From an uncultured virus (IMG/VR IMGVR_UViG_3300042914_003341) (Duplodnaviria; Heunggongvirae; Uroviricota; Caudoviricetes), in the IMG/VR virus record IMGVR_UViG_3300042914_003341: DNA of 64,000 nt. One strand, given 5' to 3'. Both the position numbers and the translations under genes were made by a program. Shown here piece by piece: positions 1 through 9,163 of the stretch. Each line of letters begins with the position of its first letter. Positions within the stretch are counted from its first letter, which is position 1. Below the pieces are notes generated by a model. That model made no database searches. It worked only from the letters and a program-made list of their open reading frames with translations, and was not told the DNA's origin.

Positions 1-44
1 TGACGCGATGGCATTGCTTCGTATCTTTCCGTAATCAATCTTCT

Positions 45-344
45 TCATAGCAAGAAGGTATCTCCAAGCTCGGCAAGGAGAGAAAGACGACAATAACGCG
101 GGTTTCCGTTTATGAGAGAAAGATGACAATAACGCGGGTTTCCGTTTATAGGATCGCGCAGCACCGGCCAAAAACGCAAAACATCATCAACAGACTCAAC
201 CAGTTCATCAATCGATTCTGCAATGTCCCCGTTGTGATTGTGATGGTGCCCATTGAAGTTCGTGCTATCACCCCAGTATATACGCCATCTTGGCAACCGA
301 TTGCTAATATTGAAATCATCTAAGCGATCTAAGCGATTAGTCAT
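45..344 (-). CDS. small protein, C-terminal ELAD-type motif family
   Basis: Ends LLAELGDTFLL; ATGA-coupled to upstream ORF. Confidence 0.6.
   Translation of the reverse strand: MTNRLDRLDDFNISNRLPRWRIYWGDSTNFNGHHHNHNGDIAESIDELVESVDDVLRFWPVLRDPINGNPRYCHLSLINGNPRYCRLSLLAELGDTFLL
78..149. repeat. 2 x 36-bp tandem repeat (1 mismatch), in frame
   Basis: gagagaaagaYgacaataacgcgggtttccgtttat twice; encodes INGNPRYC(H/R)LSL x2. Confidence 0.9.
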
Positions 345-562
345 TGAGCACCTAACATGTCTGCCAGCTCAAAGAACAGATCAAACGCTGCATTGCCGCC
401 AAACCTTTTATAATCACAGACTGCGTATTGTATATGCCTCGTTACGAAACTGTTTTCTAAAGCATCTAAGACTCCGTGACGAGTAACATAAACAACCTGC
501 ACCATTATTCGATCGTAGTCTGGGAAGGCTTTATTTAACGCGAGGCTTGTAGTTCTAGTCAT
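341..562 (-). CDS. small protein, ELAD-motif family
   Basis: Ends LFFELADMLGAQ. Confidence 0.65.
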   Translation of the reverse strand: MTRTTSLALNKAFPDYDRIMVQVVYVTRHGVLDALENSFVTRHIQYAVCDYKRFGGNAAFDLFFELADMLGAQ

Positions 563-798
563 GACTCTGATGAATTGGTTTTTTGGTTGATGATAATGAA
601 CATGTCTCCCAGGTCTGCGAGCAAGGCGATATCCTCTGGCGCCTTGATCATCAGGCGCACATCAAAACAGCTTTTGAGCTTGTAGTACATGTAAGCATAG
701 TAGCAAACATCGTCTGCTGGATGGCCGATATGGTCTGGCCAGTCTTCCGGGACAAGGCCCATGTCTGTTGGTATGTTGTATAACTGTTGCCATTTCAT
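559..798 (-). CDS. small protein, ELAD-motif family
   Basis: LLADLGDMF near C-terminus. Confidence 0.6.
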   Translation of the reverse strand: MKWQQLYNIPTDMGLVPEDWPDHIGHPADDVCYYAYMYYKLKSCFDVRLMIKAPEDIALLADLGDMFIIINQKTNSSES

Positions 799-1697
799 TG
801 GCTTAGCAGCTTGGTCAATCTGTCATGAGTTGTTTGCGGCGAAAACCAGAACGTCGTTGTAGGTTCTTTGCAGTAATCCTCCAGAAGATCGACCACTGGC
901 TCATACTGCGAGCGTTGATAGGTATAAAACCTTGCGCCGGTCAGTGTGTCGACATGTTCTTCTAGACCTTTGCAACCAAACCTGGGATTGTTCTCTCGTT
1001 CTGCCGCCAGCTCCTGCTCGGACATGGTGACATCTGCCTTGATATGTTTGAACAACCTGCCACAACGCCTGTGTGTTGGCAGCGACAGCCATGGAGTTGC
1101 ACCTTCGTTTCTTCCATCTTCTGTGTGAGCAATGAGCTGTGCAGAGTTCATGCCACTTAGCTCCTTGTTTGATGAATATTGGCGTGCCCACTGAGCCACT
1201 GAGTTCCTCCTGGCATCACACATCCTCCAGCAGATGTTTGCCGCAACATCTTCGCAAGTTGGCAGCGAAAAAGCTCTGGCATCGAACGTCGCCATATCTC
1301 CGGATATCTTGCCAGAAGCTTGAGCAAACTTTGTCGTCATCATCGACGCCATCAGGGTCGAGAACTTCAAGATTCTTCCGCCGCTCAGTTGGTTCACCTT
1401 GCTGGGTTCGAACACCATGGTGAGTTCATCTGAGAATGTGTAAAGCAGCGCTGGAGCATAGACCTTCGCCATGGCCAAAGCTGTGTCAGTCATTGCTTTC
1501 TCAAAGGCTGGATGCCATGTGTCCTTGTTGCCTTGAGCAGTTGGATAGTTTTCCTTGACCCAAGTAGAGAACCCATGGCCATCCAAACGAACAACCGCCC
1601 ATTCAAGTGGAGTTAGTTGTTTTTTGCCGCGAAACCTCTCCTCGATGTCCTTGAAGTGGTTCCCAGAATCATTGATACCTCTGATGTTCATTTGCAT
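795..1697 (-). CDS. tRNA(His) guanylyltransferase-like protein (Thg1-like, 3'-5' polymerase)
   Basis: VVRLDGHGFS, YTFSDELT, FDARAF, ICWRMCDARRNS motifs typical of Thg1/TLP. Confidence 0.92.
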   Translation of the reverse strand: MQMNIRGINDSGNHFKDIEERFRGKKQLTPLEWAVVRLDGHGFSTWVKENYPTAQGNKDTWHPAFEKAMTDTALAMAKVYAPALLYTFSDELTMVFEPSKVNQLSGGRILKFSTLMASMMTTKFAQASGKISGDMATFDARAFSLPTCEDVAANICWRMCDARRNSVAQWARQYSSNKELSGMNSAQLIAHTEDGRNEGATPWLSLPTHRRCGRLFKHIKADVTMSEQELAAERENNPRFGCKGLEEHVDTLTGARFYTYQRSQYEPVVDLLEDYCKEPTTTFWFSPQTTHDRLTKLLSQ

Positions 1698-2179
1698 TTT
1701 GTCTCCGATGCGAAGATATCAGCCAACTCGCACATTGTAAAGAGAACAGCGCGATTGTAGCCCTCCACACACTCATATCCTTGGTCTTGATAATAGCAAT
1801 TGCTGTTTATTCGACTCGCTATTTTTAACACAATCATCGAAATCGACCCAACATGCTGTTTGGTATTCACGAATAATCCATAAGCCCGTGGGATAACCAC
1901 AAGTCTTGGTCGCTGTATCATTGCGACTGAACGAACCATAGCAGCAGCAGTCGTGGTTGTCAAGTGGGCTTGGAAATGATCTGCTAATTCAAACAAAACA
2001 TCTTTACTCTCGCAGTTAAAATAGCTTCGCCACTCAAGCCACAGGCCGGATCTATGCCAGCCAGCTAAAATGAATTGCCACAAGCCAACTTCTAATCTAA
2101 ACCCATCCAAACAACCAAACATGTTACGGTTTGTAAGTTCAGCAATTCTTGGAATGATGCTGCGCAAACGCGAATTCAT
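1688..2179 (-). CDS. ELAD-motif protein with two tandem units
   Basis: LFELADHF internally and MCELADIF at the end; start refined to ATGA overlap at 2179. Confidence 0.6.
   Translation of the reverse strand: MNSRLRSIIPRIAELTNRNMFGCLDGFRLEVGLWQFILAGWHRSGLWLEWRSYFNCESKDVLFELADHFQAHLTTTTAAAMVRSVAMIQRPRLVVIPRAYGLFVNTKQHVGSISMIVLKIASRINSNCYYQDQGYECVEGYNRAVLFTMCELADIFASETKCK
1935..1963 (-). promoter_or_regulatory. sigma70-type promoter inside ORF
   Basis: TTGACA-17-TATGGT with extended TG. Confidence 0.6.
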
Positions 2180-2409
2180 TCTATTGTCACCCCGTCCGAT
2201 GTGACCAACAGGCAATCAGCCAGATCAAAGAAAAAGTCGCATGCAGGGTCGTTGAAAATGCTTATATCCAGATAATTTATTTGTTTTCTATAGGCCGAAT
2301 CACATGTTCGCCAGAGCCATCCTTGCAAGTGAATGCATCTGAGAAAATCAAGAATCATTTGATCTGTCATGCGGTCAAAATCTGGAATCACATCACGCAA
2401 AGGTTTCAT
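2176..2409 (-). CDS. small protein, ELAD-motif family
   Basis: FFFDLADCLL; start refined by ATGA overlap. Confidence 0.65.
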   Translation of the reverse strand: MKPLRDVIPDFDRMTDQMILDFLRCIHLQGWLWRTCDSAYRKQINYLDISIFNDPACDFFFDLADCLLVTSDGVTIE

Positions 2410-2675
2410 AGACACTGCTCCACGCCAAAGACATCCGCCAGATCGAAAAAGATCCATCTATACATATCACGTTTCGAATCCCAGTCATAATCTTCGAAGG
2501 TATCACTGTTGTATGCTGCATGGCAAACCAGCCATATGAAATAACATGGCGACAATCCAACTGGGAACTGGAAATGGTCAATATTTGTATATTCATCAAG
2601 CCTTGATAAAACTGCATACAATTTTGAACTCATGTTCTCTCTCACTCTGTTGGCGCTCTGACTGCTAGAAAGCAA
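2406..2675 (-). CDS. small protein, ELAD-motif family
   Basis: IFFDLADVF; true start probably about 2645-2633. Confidence 0.6.
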   Translation of the reverse strand: MLSSSQSANRVRENMSSKLYAVLSRLDEYTNIDHFQFPVGLSPCYFIWLVCHAAYNSDTFEDYDWDSKRDMYRWIFFDLADVFGVEQCL

Positions 2676-2923
2676 TCGGCAAGATCAAAAAACATGTTTC
2701 TGCTCATTCGTTCGGATTTCTTGTTCCAAGAGCAATGCACTTTCGTTTCTATCATAAACGCCGTGCAACTGACGTCCCACAATATGCTTCCGAGACTGAT
2801 GTTTTCTAACGTGAAAAAGTCAAGAATGGCTCTGTCTGTAAACGAATCGAATTCTGGGATTGAATTCCTCAAAAACTGTTCCTGTAGACAGGCAAGATCG
2901 TAGTCCATGGATAGATCGCTCAT
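2642..2923 (-). CDS. small protein, ELAD-motif family
   Basis: MFFDLADCF; paralogue of 2176..2409 (LRxxIPxFDxxTDxxILDF). Confidence 0.65.
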   Translation of the reverse strand: MSDLSMDYDLACLQEQFLRNSIPEFDSFTDRAILDFFTLENISLGSILWDVSCTAFMIETKVHCSWNKKSERMSRNMFFDLADCFLAVRAPTE

Positions 2924-3195
2924 TGTGTCAGCTCCGTTGCTAGCGCCTCGAACAACTCAAACTCAAAGCCATTGACGACATATTGGAATTCATCGCAGTC
3001 AGCAATGCCGTGATCTTTTGCGAATGCTGCACAAACAAACCACCACAACCAAACCTTGAGACTATCATCTAGACCTATGATCTCACTAGAAACGCACTCC
3101 GATTCCTTGTCGATGCATTCTGTGAATCTAGGCAGTCTGGATTCGATCAGTACAGTTGTGGAAAAACCATATTGATGTTCTTCTTGGTCACTCAT
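2920..3195 (-). CDS. small hypothetical protein (degenerate motif)
   Basis: Coupled ORF; ends FELFEALATELTQ. Confidence 0.55.
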   Translation of the reverse strand: MSDQEEHQYGFSTTVLIESRLPRFTECIDKESECVSSEIIGLDDSLKVWLWWFVCAAFAKDHGIADCDEFQYVVNGFEFELFEALATELTQ

Positions 3196-3454
3196 ACGTG
3201 CTCTCCGGAAAACAAGGTGTTGAAACTATCATGTCAGCTAGCTCGAAGAAGACATCATGCTGTGTGCGATTTAAATGTCTTAAGAGGGTATCGCTAGGCA
3301 TTTCTCCTTCGTATGATTCGGCGCAGACTCGCCAGAGAATGTATGAATAATATTTTGTATGGTTGTTGCTTCGCCACTCCAGGTGCTGATCCGTGTATCT
3401 GTCAAGTTTTTTCAGAACATCGAAGATGTCTTTATCGAAGGGATTATTGCTCAT
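3188..3454 (-). CDS. small protein, ELAD-motif family
   Basis: VFFELADMI. Confidence 0.65.
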   Translation of the reverse strand: MSNNPFDKDIFDVLKKLDRYTDQHLEWRSNNHTKYYSYILWRVCAESYEGEMPSDTLLRHLNRTQHDVFFELADMIVSTPCFPESTYE

Positions 3455-3696
3455 TGTGATTCTGTCGCCGCGGTTATCGTATCAGCAATCATGAACAGTG
3501 TGTCTGATGGCAACTGGTCGGCTGTGTAATCGCTGTAGAAACCAACACCGTCAATGCCTCGGCGCACAGTCAGTCGAAGTAAAAATAGGCATTCCCTCAA
3601 TGACTCAGTGTGTGCAGGATCACCATTGACATTGAGGAAACTGAAGTTGTAGAACTTTGGAAGCAGATCTGACATCAAAGTTTTTTGTATTTTCAT
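3451..3696 (-). CDS. small protein, ELAD-motif family
   Basis: LFMIADTI. Confidence 0.55.
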   Translation of the reverse strand: MKIQKTLMSDLLPKFYNFSFLNVNGDPAHTESLRECLFLLRLTVRRGIDGVGFYSDYTADQLPSDTLFMIADTITAATESQ

Positions 3697-3702
3697 TGCT
3701 TT

Positions 3703-3942
3703 CTACTCCTCTTCAATGACTGTTGCCTCTTCCATTGCATCGATGAAGTCAATCATGTCTGTCAGTGCCGAGGTGAAACCTATTTCATTCTCAGCATACC
3801 CGGTTGACATGTCTCTTGGGTTCAGCGCATAGGAACAGAATAACCACAGCACGTCGCCAGCGTCAGTTCCAGCAACAATGCCAAACCACTGATCAAAAGC
3901 ATCGGTGATGAGTTTCAGAGTTTGTTTCAGATGGTCTGGCAT
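3703..3942 (-). CDS. small hypothetical protein (degenerate motif)
   Basis: ALTDMIDFI; fits gene packing. Confidence 0.55.
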   Translation of the reverse strand: MPDHLKQTLKLITDAFDQWFGIVAGTDAGDVLWLFCSYALNPRDMSTGYAENEIGFTSALTDMIDFIDAMEEATVIEEE

Positions 3943-3966
3943 TGGATGGTGGTTAGTGCTGACCGG

Positions 3967-4341
3967 TCAGTTGGGGAGGTCTTTGATGGTGTTTGTTGGT
4001 GGCTTGCGGCCAAACTGTGCTGAGTTCGCGGCAAGAACATTGAATCGCTCATCCTTGAGCCGCTTGAGTGCCTGAATTCCGGCTAGGAAATCAGTGCTTC
4101 CACACATCCCCACTGCCACGTCAAAGAATTCTCCATAGTCCCTCCAGATTGGAAGATCATTTCCTCCTCGCTGGATTGTCATGAACATGAAGTTGTAGCC
4201 GTTTTCTTGAACCATTGCCATCTCTACGATGTCTTCAGGATCAAATGACACCCAAACTTCCGGGTCATCATGTGTAGCATACACTCCCAGTTTCATTGAC
4301 ATGATCTTGTTTGGATCTGTCTGTGGCTTTACATGTTTCAT
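3967..4341 (-). CDS. hypothetical protein
   Basis: 124-aa ORF on coding strand. Confidence 0.6.
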   Translation of the reverse strand: MKHVKPQTDPNKIMSMKLGVYATHDDPEVWVSFDPEDIVEMAMVQENGYNFMFMTIQRGGNDLPIWRDYGEFFDVAVGMCGSTDFLAGIQALKRLKDERFNVLAANSAQFGRKPPTNTIKDLPN

Positions 4342-4474
4342 GTGTTAACTGTCCAATCCTTTCTTGCATTGCAATCCAGTAGAAACACAAAAGAGGCAAC
4401 AAACCACCACTTGTGCGATCTGTTGCCTCTCAGGTGCTCACCGGCTCAGCATCGAGTTGACGATGCGAGGGTGA

Positions 4475-4792
4475 TCAGCCGTTCTTGTTCTCTTCGGCCG
4501 CACGAGCGGACGCTGTGATGATCGCGAGCTTGTGCTTGTCAAGGAAGGCGCCAATGCACTTGATCAGGTGCTCCTCACGATCCTTGCAGACCTGAGAGTC
4601 TGGCTCCTGACGAGCCACCACACCGAGCTCTGCGGCGAGGTTGAAGAGATCACACATCTCATTCCAGGTGGGAGAGGTTGGCTTCATGTCACGGAGCTTC
4701 TGGAGCTCCGTTGCGAGGTCAGCAGGAACCTCAACAGAGGCGAAGGTGTGGGGGAGGATACAGGTGTTGGGGTTGACGAACGTGGTGCTCAT
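4475..4792 (-). CDS. hypothetical protein (probable early gene)
   Basis: Downstream of promoter 4884-4912; purine-rich leader. Confidence 0.65.
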   Translation of the reverse strand: MSTTFVNPNTCILPHTFASVEVPADLATELQKLRDMKPTSPTWNEMCDLFNLAAELGVVARQEPDSQVCKDREEHLIKCIGAFLDKHKLAIITASARAAEENKNG

Positions 4793-4883
4793 ATGATGTT
4801 TTCTCTCTCTTGTCTTTCTGGTTAACGTTGTGGGTTGTTAGTGCATCGTCGCTCGGTCTGAGCTGCGCTGCGGTGATGAGGTA

Positions 4884-4912
4884 GTTGTATCAGAGGCTGG
4901 GATGGTTGTCAA
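4884..4912 (-). promoter_or_regulatory. sigma70-type promoter (repeated cassette)
   Basis: TTGACAACCATCCCAGCCTCTGATACAAC; spacer identical to that at 15477-15505. Confidence 0.7.
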
Positions 4913-5214
4913 GTGTGACTTCTAGCGGCGTGAACGTGACGCATCCCGACCTGAATGGCATCACAAATCTCCACGAACAATTCCATGAACTCAATATCGA
5001 TGTACGTCTGCGCATTGATCCTGTTAGCAGAATAGATCAAATGATCACTGCAACAGACAACAAACGCATAACGTCCAACATCCTTTAAAAATATGTTTGA
5101 AGTGACTTCAAACTCATAATACACACGATTGGCGACTTGGCGCAGCTTTTCTTTTTTCTCAAAACGGTCAAGCAATTGCGTCACCAATCTCAGCAAATGC
5201 GGCGAAAATTTCAA
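4909..5214 (-). CDS. small protein, ELAD-motif family
   Basis: LFVEICDAI; true start probably downstream of ORF start. Confidence 0.55.
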   Translation of the reverse strand: MKFSPHLLRLVTQLLDRFEKKEKLRQVANRVYYEFEVTSNIFLKDVGRYAFVVCCSDHLIYSANRINAQTYIDIEFMELFVEICDAIQVGMRHVHAARSHT

Positions 5215-5416
5215 ACCGCGAAGTTTTGCACATCAACTCACGCCAGCCACACATGACCATAGATTGTCTGAAATAACATGCCGAAAACATGCCATTCAAT
5301 CTTGAATAAAAATAACCGACGTCCTGGTCTACTGGTTTGTAATAGCGCCAAGTGACACGTTGCAACGTCTCAACATATAGCCTAGTCCTGTCATTCATTG
5401 GCAGCGCCATCGTCAT
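5168..5416 (-). CDS. small protein, ELAD-motif family
   Basis: AFAEIGDAIA; start shortened to limit overlap. Confidence 0.55.
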   Translation of the reverse strand: MTMALPMNDRTRLYVETLQRVTWRYYKPVDQDVGYFYSRLNGMFSACYFRQSMVMCGWRELMCKTSRFEIFAAFAEIGDAIA

Positions 5417-5621
5417 TACTCCTTCCCGCAATGCAGTCTCCAACTTCACACATAAACTCCCAGTCGCGCATGCGTTGATAAACAAAGTGGTTCTGGAACG
5501 CACTTGCACACAAACACACAACAAGGTTCGAACCAATGTTCGAAGGATCTGTTGCCAAGTCCACGTGACCCAGGAACAACATGAATAATCCGTTTAGATG
5601 TTTAGTCGTTGTAGGGCTCAT
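5391..5621 (-). CDS. small protein, ELAD-motif family
   Basis: FMCEVGDCI. Confidence 0.55.
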   Translation of the reverse strand: MSPTTTKHLNGLFMLFLGHVDLATDPSNIGSNLVVCLCASAFQNHFVYQRMRDWEFMCEVGDCIAGRSNDDGAANE

Positions 5622-5656
5622 ACATCAGCCAGAGTTTTGGCAATCTGGTTGCTTCA

Positions 5657-7333
5657 TCATCTGTTGCGTTTGCCATACAGGGTTCCTGCGTTGTAATTGT
5701 CAGAGGAAGAACCTACGAACACATAGTCCAGTTCAGTTGTCTCTAGCACATTAAGGGCATCGCGCAGAGTTGTCAAGATAGGTTTGCCTTTGATGTTGAA
5801 AGATGTGTTGAGGAGCACTGGGGGAACACCTTGATGGTTTGTCTTGAGAGAACCAAGCATTGCTGCAAATATCTCAGTGCCTTTGTGTTCTGGATTGACC
5901 GTCTGGAGCCTGCTGGATTTGTCTTGGTGAGTGATTGCCGCCAGAGGCTCTCTATAATCCATTCTGACGGTCGGAGCATGTGACATGAACCGGAAGCTGT
6001 CCGACTTGTTTGGATCGACTACAAAATATCCTGGAGCGTCCTGAGTCAGACAGAACGGAGCGAATGGTCTGTACGGTTCACGGAACTTGACCTTCTGGTT
6101 CAGAGTGTCTTTCATTCCAGGTATTGAAGGGAGGCAGACGATTGAACGGTGACCAAGGGCTCTGGGGCCTACCTCGGAACCTCTTGGATCGATCACACCA
6201 ACAATGGCACCATCTTTGACGATCCTGTTGACTAGGTCATTGACGGAGCAGTTGTCGACCTTGTAGATTGTTTGCGGCAAACTATTGTCAGAATCCAGAT
6301 TGTCAATCCAAGGCATGCCATTGAATGTCAGATCTTCACTCAGTGGTGTGATCATGTCATCATAGAACAGTTGACCCATTGACAGACCACTGTCGTCCGG
6401 GTTTGGTGGAATGAAGACAGGGACATCAAGAGTAGAATCAATGAGCATCTGGTTCAAGAGAACATTGAGAGCTACTCCTCCGGAAAGGCAGAGTGGTATT
6501 GATCTGTACTTGCCTGGAAGTTTGCGGTAGATACCTTCAACAAACACAGACCAGAACATGTCTTCTAGAACACGCTGAGAGTTCGCCGCCAGATCAAACG
6601 ATGATTGACCTGAGAGTGTGTTGATACTGCTCTGTGCAGGCAGTCCCATTTCTTTGAGCATCTTCTGCACGTTCCACGTTTGATCGGTGTAGAACTCTCT
6701 GAGCACCTCTTGGTAATGCGCACTGAATCTGCCGTATGCAGCTAGACCCATCAACTTCCCAGCAATTGAAAGATCATGTGGCAAACCACCCTTCTTTCCT
6801 TTGATCTCTGAGATTGGATAGCCGGTGAGCATGTAGGAATGCCCTAGGTTGATTGAAGATTTGTCGAGCAGAGTGAGTTTGCCGCCAAAAGCTTTCGTGG
6901 CATGATACACATTGAACACACCATCGTTCCCGCCGCCATCCATTGAAACGACAATGGCCTCATCAAACCCGCTCTGACCAAAGGAACATGCTGCGTGGGC
7001 CTTGTGATGATCAACAGAGACAATCTTACAACCAAGCCTCTCAAGTAATGGTTGATGAGTGTTACCATTCACGCCATAGAGAACAACATTGCTGACATCA
7101 TCTGCTGACACACCCCAGTGTTCCTTGGCAATTGCCGTGACATCTTTGAGGTCGTGGAGGAAGGTGTCATTGTCTTTGTCAAAAAGCATGTAGTGGCGTT
7201 GCTGTCTGAGACGCTCTAGCTCAATGGTTTTGATGGTGCGAGTCTTGCCGCCATCAGATGAGATCTGATAGGAAACAGAAGCGTTGTGACCTCCGTAGAT
7301 GGAGACTCTGACTGGTTTGGTGTGTTTCATCAT
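5657..7333 (-). CDS. carbamoyltransferase (NodU/CmcH/TobZ family)
   Basis: HHKAHAA, DGGG, GKLMGLAAYG, SGGVALN, GPRALGHRS, KFREPYRPFAP, LLNTSFN. Confidence 0.95.
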   Translation of the reverse strand: MMKHTKPVRVSIYGGHNASVSYQISSDGGKTRTIKTIELERLRQQRHYMLFDKDNDTFLHDLKDVTAIAKEHWGVSADDVSNVVLYGVNGNTHQPLLERLGCKIVSVDHHKAHAACSFGQSGFDEAIVVSMDGGGNDGVFNVYHATKAFGGKLTLLDKSSINLGHSYMLTGYPISEIKGKKGGLPHDLSIAGKLMGLAAYGRFSAHYQEVLREFYTDQTWNVQKMLKEMGLPAQSSINTLSGQSSFDLAANSQRVLEDMFWSVFVEGIYRKLPGKYRSIPLCLSGGVALNVLLNQMLIDSTLDVPVFIPPNPDDSGLSMGQLFYDDMITPLSEDLTFNGMPWIDNLDSDNSLPQTIYKVDNCSVNDLVNRIVKDGAIVGVIDPRGSEVGPRALGHRSIVCLPSIPGMKDTLNQKVKFREPYRPFAPFCLTQDAPGYFVVDPNKSDSFRFMSHAPTVRMDYREPLAAITHQDKSSRLQTVNPEHKGTEIFAAMLGSLKTNHQGVPPVLLNTSFNIKGKPILTTLRDALNVLETTELDYVFVGSSSDNYNAGTLYGKRNR

Positions 7334-8097
7334 TGTGGTTTATACTCAGGGATTGCCGCAAGAACTCTCTCGATTGATTCCTGGTGCTCAGTATACGGCC
7401 TGATGCTGTGACAGTCAAGATACATTCTCCTGGCAATGTCTTCCTCTCTGAAGTTCCAGTTTGATCGATCAAGTCTCCTGGCTGACGGATGACGATCCAG
7501 CTTTGCAACGGGAACGTATGGAAGGTGAACGCTGGTTTTGTTCCTTTCATTCTCTGTGAGCTTGTGGCTTGCATAGGACTCATCGACTCCCCAGTCTTTG
7601 AAACCAAACTCCGGATGAGGAGTCAGTGCCCTTTTGTTTGAGAATGCCATGAGCTCAGCAAGAGAATCCTCAAACGATTCTGGAAGAGAGAACAGCTTCT
7701 GAAAGGTAGAACCAAGACCTACGTGATAGCATGAAGGCCATGGCAGGGAATAATTTGTGAGATGGCCGTGAAAGTTCTGCGGCCAATCCTTGATCATCTT
7801 GGTGAAGTAATCCCTGTTCAAAGGATACATGTCAATGTCGGACACGCAGAAACATGTGTCAGGTTCTGTTCTCGGATACCAATACCTCACCCAGAGCGTT
7901 TGAAGGTACAAAGGATACTTCTTGCTAGGCTCAATCCTCACAACCTTGCCATGACGCTCCGTTGGAGATTGGTTGCCAAAATACAACAAGACCGGCTCAA
8001 TGCCCATCTTGTCCTTCCAGGTGCGCGAGCAGCTCTCCCAGAAGTCTAGGTATAGAGGATTGTCATCAGAACTAACCAAGACTTTGTCTATCTTCAT
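7330..8097 (-). CDS. putative glycosyltransferase (GT-A-like)
   Basis: VSDIDM DxD motif, WGVDE; ATGA-coupled to carbamoyltransferase. Confidence 0.55.
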   Translation of the reverse strand: MKIDKVLVSSDDNPLYLDFWESCSRTWKDKMGIEPVLLYFGNQSPTERHGKVVRIEPSKKYPLYLQTLWVRYWYPRTEPDTCFCVSDIDMYPLNRDYFTKMIKDWPQNFHGHLTNYSLPWPSCYHVGLGSTFQKLFSLPESFEDSLAELMAFSNKRALTPHPEFGFKDWGVDESYASHKLTENERNKTSVHLPYVPVAKLDRHPSARRLDRSNWNFREEDIARRMYLDCHSIRPYTEHQESIERVLAAIPEYKPQ

Positions 8098-8107
8098 TGT
8101 GACAACA

Positions 8108-8137
8108 AGGTTAGCACATCAGAAAATCAAGTGTCAA
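8108..8137 (-). promoter_or_regulatory. sigma70-type promoter
   Basis: TTGACA-18-TAACCT with extended TG, about 10 nt from ATG. Confidence 0.55.
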
Positions 8138-8369
8138 ACGCAGTCACCAGTAACATGTCAGCAAGATCAGACCACTCACTGATCCGTTTAAACGATAAAG
8201 GTTCGAACCATATGGATCCATGGTGCGCCTGAATAAAAGGAGTGCCATAGAAAGCCAGCTTCAACTCAAGACCAATTGATATCGCATCCATGTCTGCAAA
8301 GCCAGCATCAAATGCCGCAAAACTTTGCAACTCTACCAATCTAGGCAGAACCCGGTCAGAAATTATCAC
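8127..8369 (-). CDS. small protein, ELAD-motif family
   Basis: WSDLADMLL. Confidence 0.6.
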   Translation of the reverse strand: MIISDRVLPRLVELQSFAAFDAGFADMDAISIGLELKLAFYGTPFIQAHHGSIWFEPLSFKRISEWSDLADMLLVTAFDT

Positions 8370-8605
8370 TTGTTTCGCTCTCCTAGCAGGAACATGTCAG
8401 CAAGCTCAATGAACAAAAATACTGCCGGTGGTGGTTTTCTCGTCAGTTTTGAACGCACCCTGTCCCATCTGTAATATGCCGCACGGGATATTTCGTAAAT
8501 CTTAACCGAATCAAACCCAGCAGAGTCAGAGAAATCCATCATGCATGGAAGCATGATTCGACAGTTTATAACATCACTGTAAGCTTTTTTGTAGGGATGG
8601 TGCAT
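8366..8605 (-). CDS. small protein, ELAD-motif family
   Basis: LFIELADMF. Confidence 0.65.
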   Translation of the reverse strand: MHHPYKKAYSDVINCRIMLPCMMDFSDSAGFDSVKIYEISRAAYYRWDRVRSKLTRKPPPAVFLFIELADMFLLGERNK

Positions 8606-8615
8606 TGAAGAACGA

Positions 8616-8900
8616 TCAGCGCTCCAGTTGTTGGTTCACATCGCGAGCAGCTATCACATCAGCAAGATCTACGAAGAACAATGGCCTAGAACTTGTAACT
8701 GCGTTTTCAGCAAAGATTCCGTTCGCAGGCCAGATGTAGTAAGACACACAAGCAACGTTGTACATTGCCCAGGCAACCACTCTGATCGCGTCGCAAAAAT
8801 CACTCATCTGATCTGCGCAGTCAATCACATCGCCTAGTGACTTGTCGATTTTCAAATCATTCATCGTACTTCGTGACTTGTTTAATTCCAAGCTATTCAT
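8616..8900 (-). CDS. small protein, ELAD-motif family
   Basis: FFVDLADVI. Confidence 0.6.
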   Translation of the reverse strand: MNSLELNKSRSTMNDLKIDKSLGDVIDCADQMSDFCDAIRVVAWAMYNVACVSYYIWPANGIFAENAVTSSRPLFFVDLADVIAARDVNQQLER

Positions 8901-9163
8901 TGCGGCAACAGCATGTCCGACAGATCGGCAAATGACACCATGACTTCAACAAGCAACTGAATAGTGGTGATGTACTTTTCATGCAAATAGTAGATCTTAG
9001 AATTGCCATGTTGAAACCATCGATATATCATGTACTGGATAGCAAGATCCGGCGAGAGCTGCTGCCAGCTATTTTTCAGCAGAGAGGCTTTTGTCCATGC
9101 CTCGTCGAACTTAGGATAGAGAAATTCTCCGACAGTGTAGCCATTCAGTGGCGGGTTGTTCAT
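8897..9163 (-). CDS. small protein, ELAD-motif family
   Basis: SFADLSDMLL. Confidence 0.6.
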   Translation of the reverse strand: MNNPPLNGYTVGEFLYPKFDEAWTKASLLKNSWQQLSPDLAIQYMIYRWFQHGNSKIYYLHEKYITTIQLLVEVMVSFADLSDMLLPQ

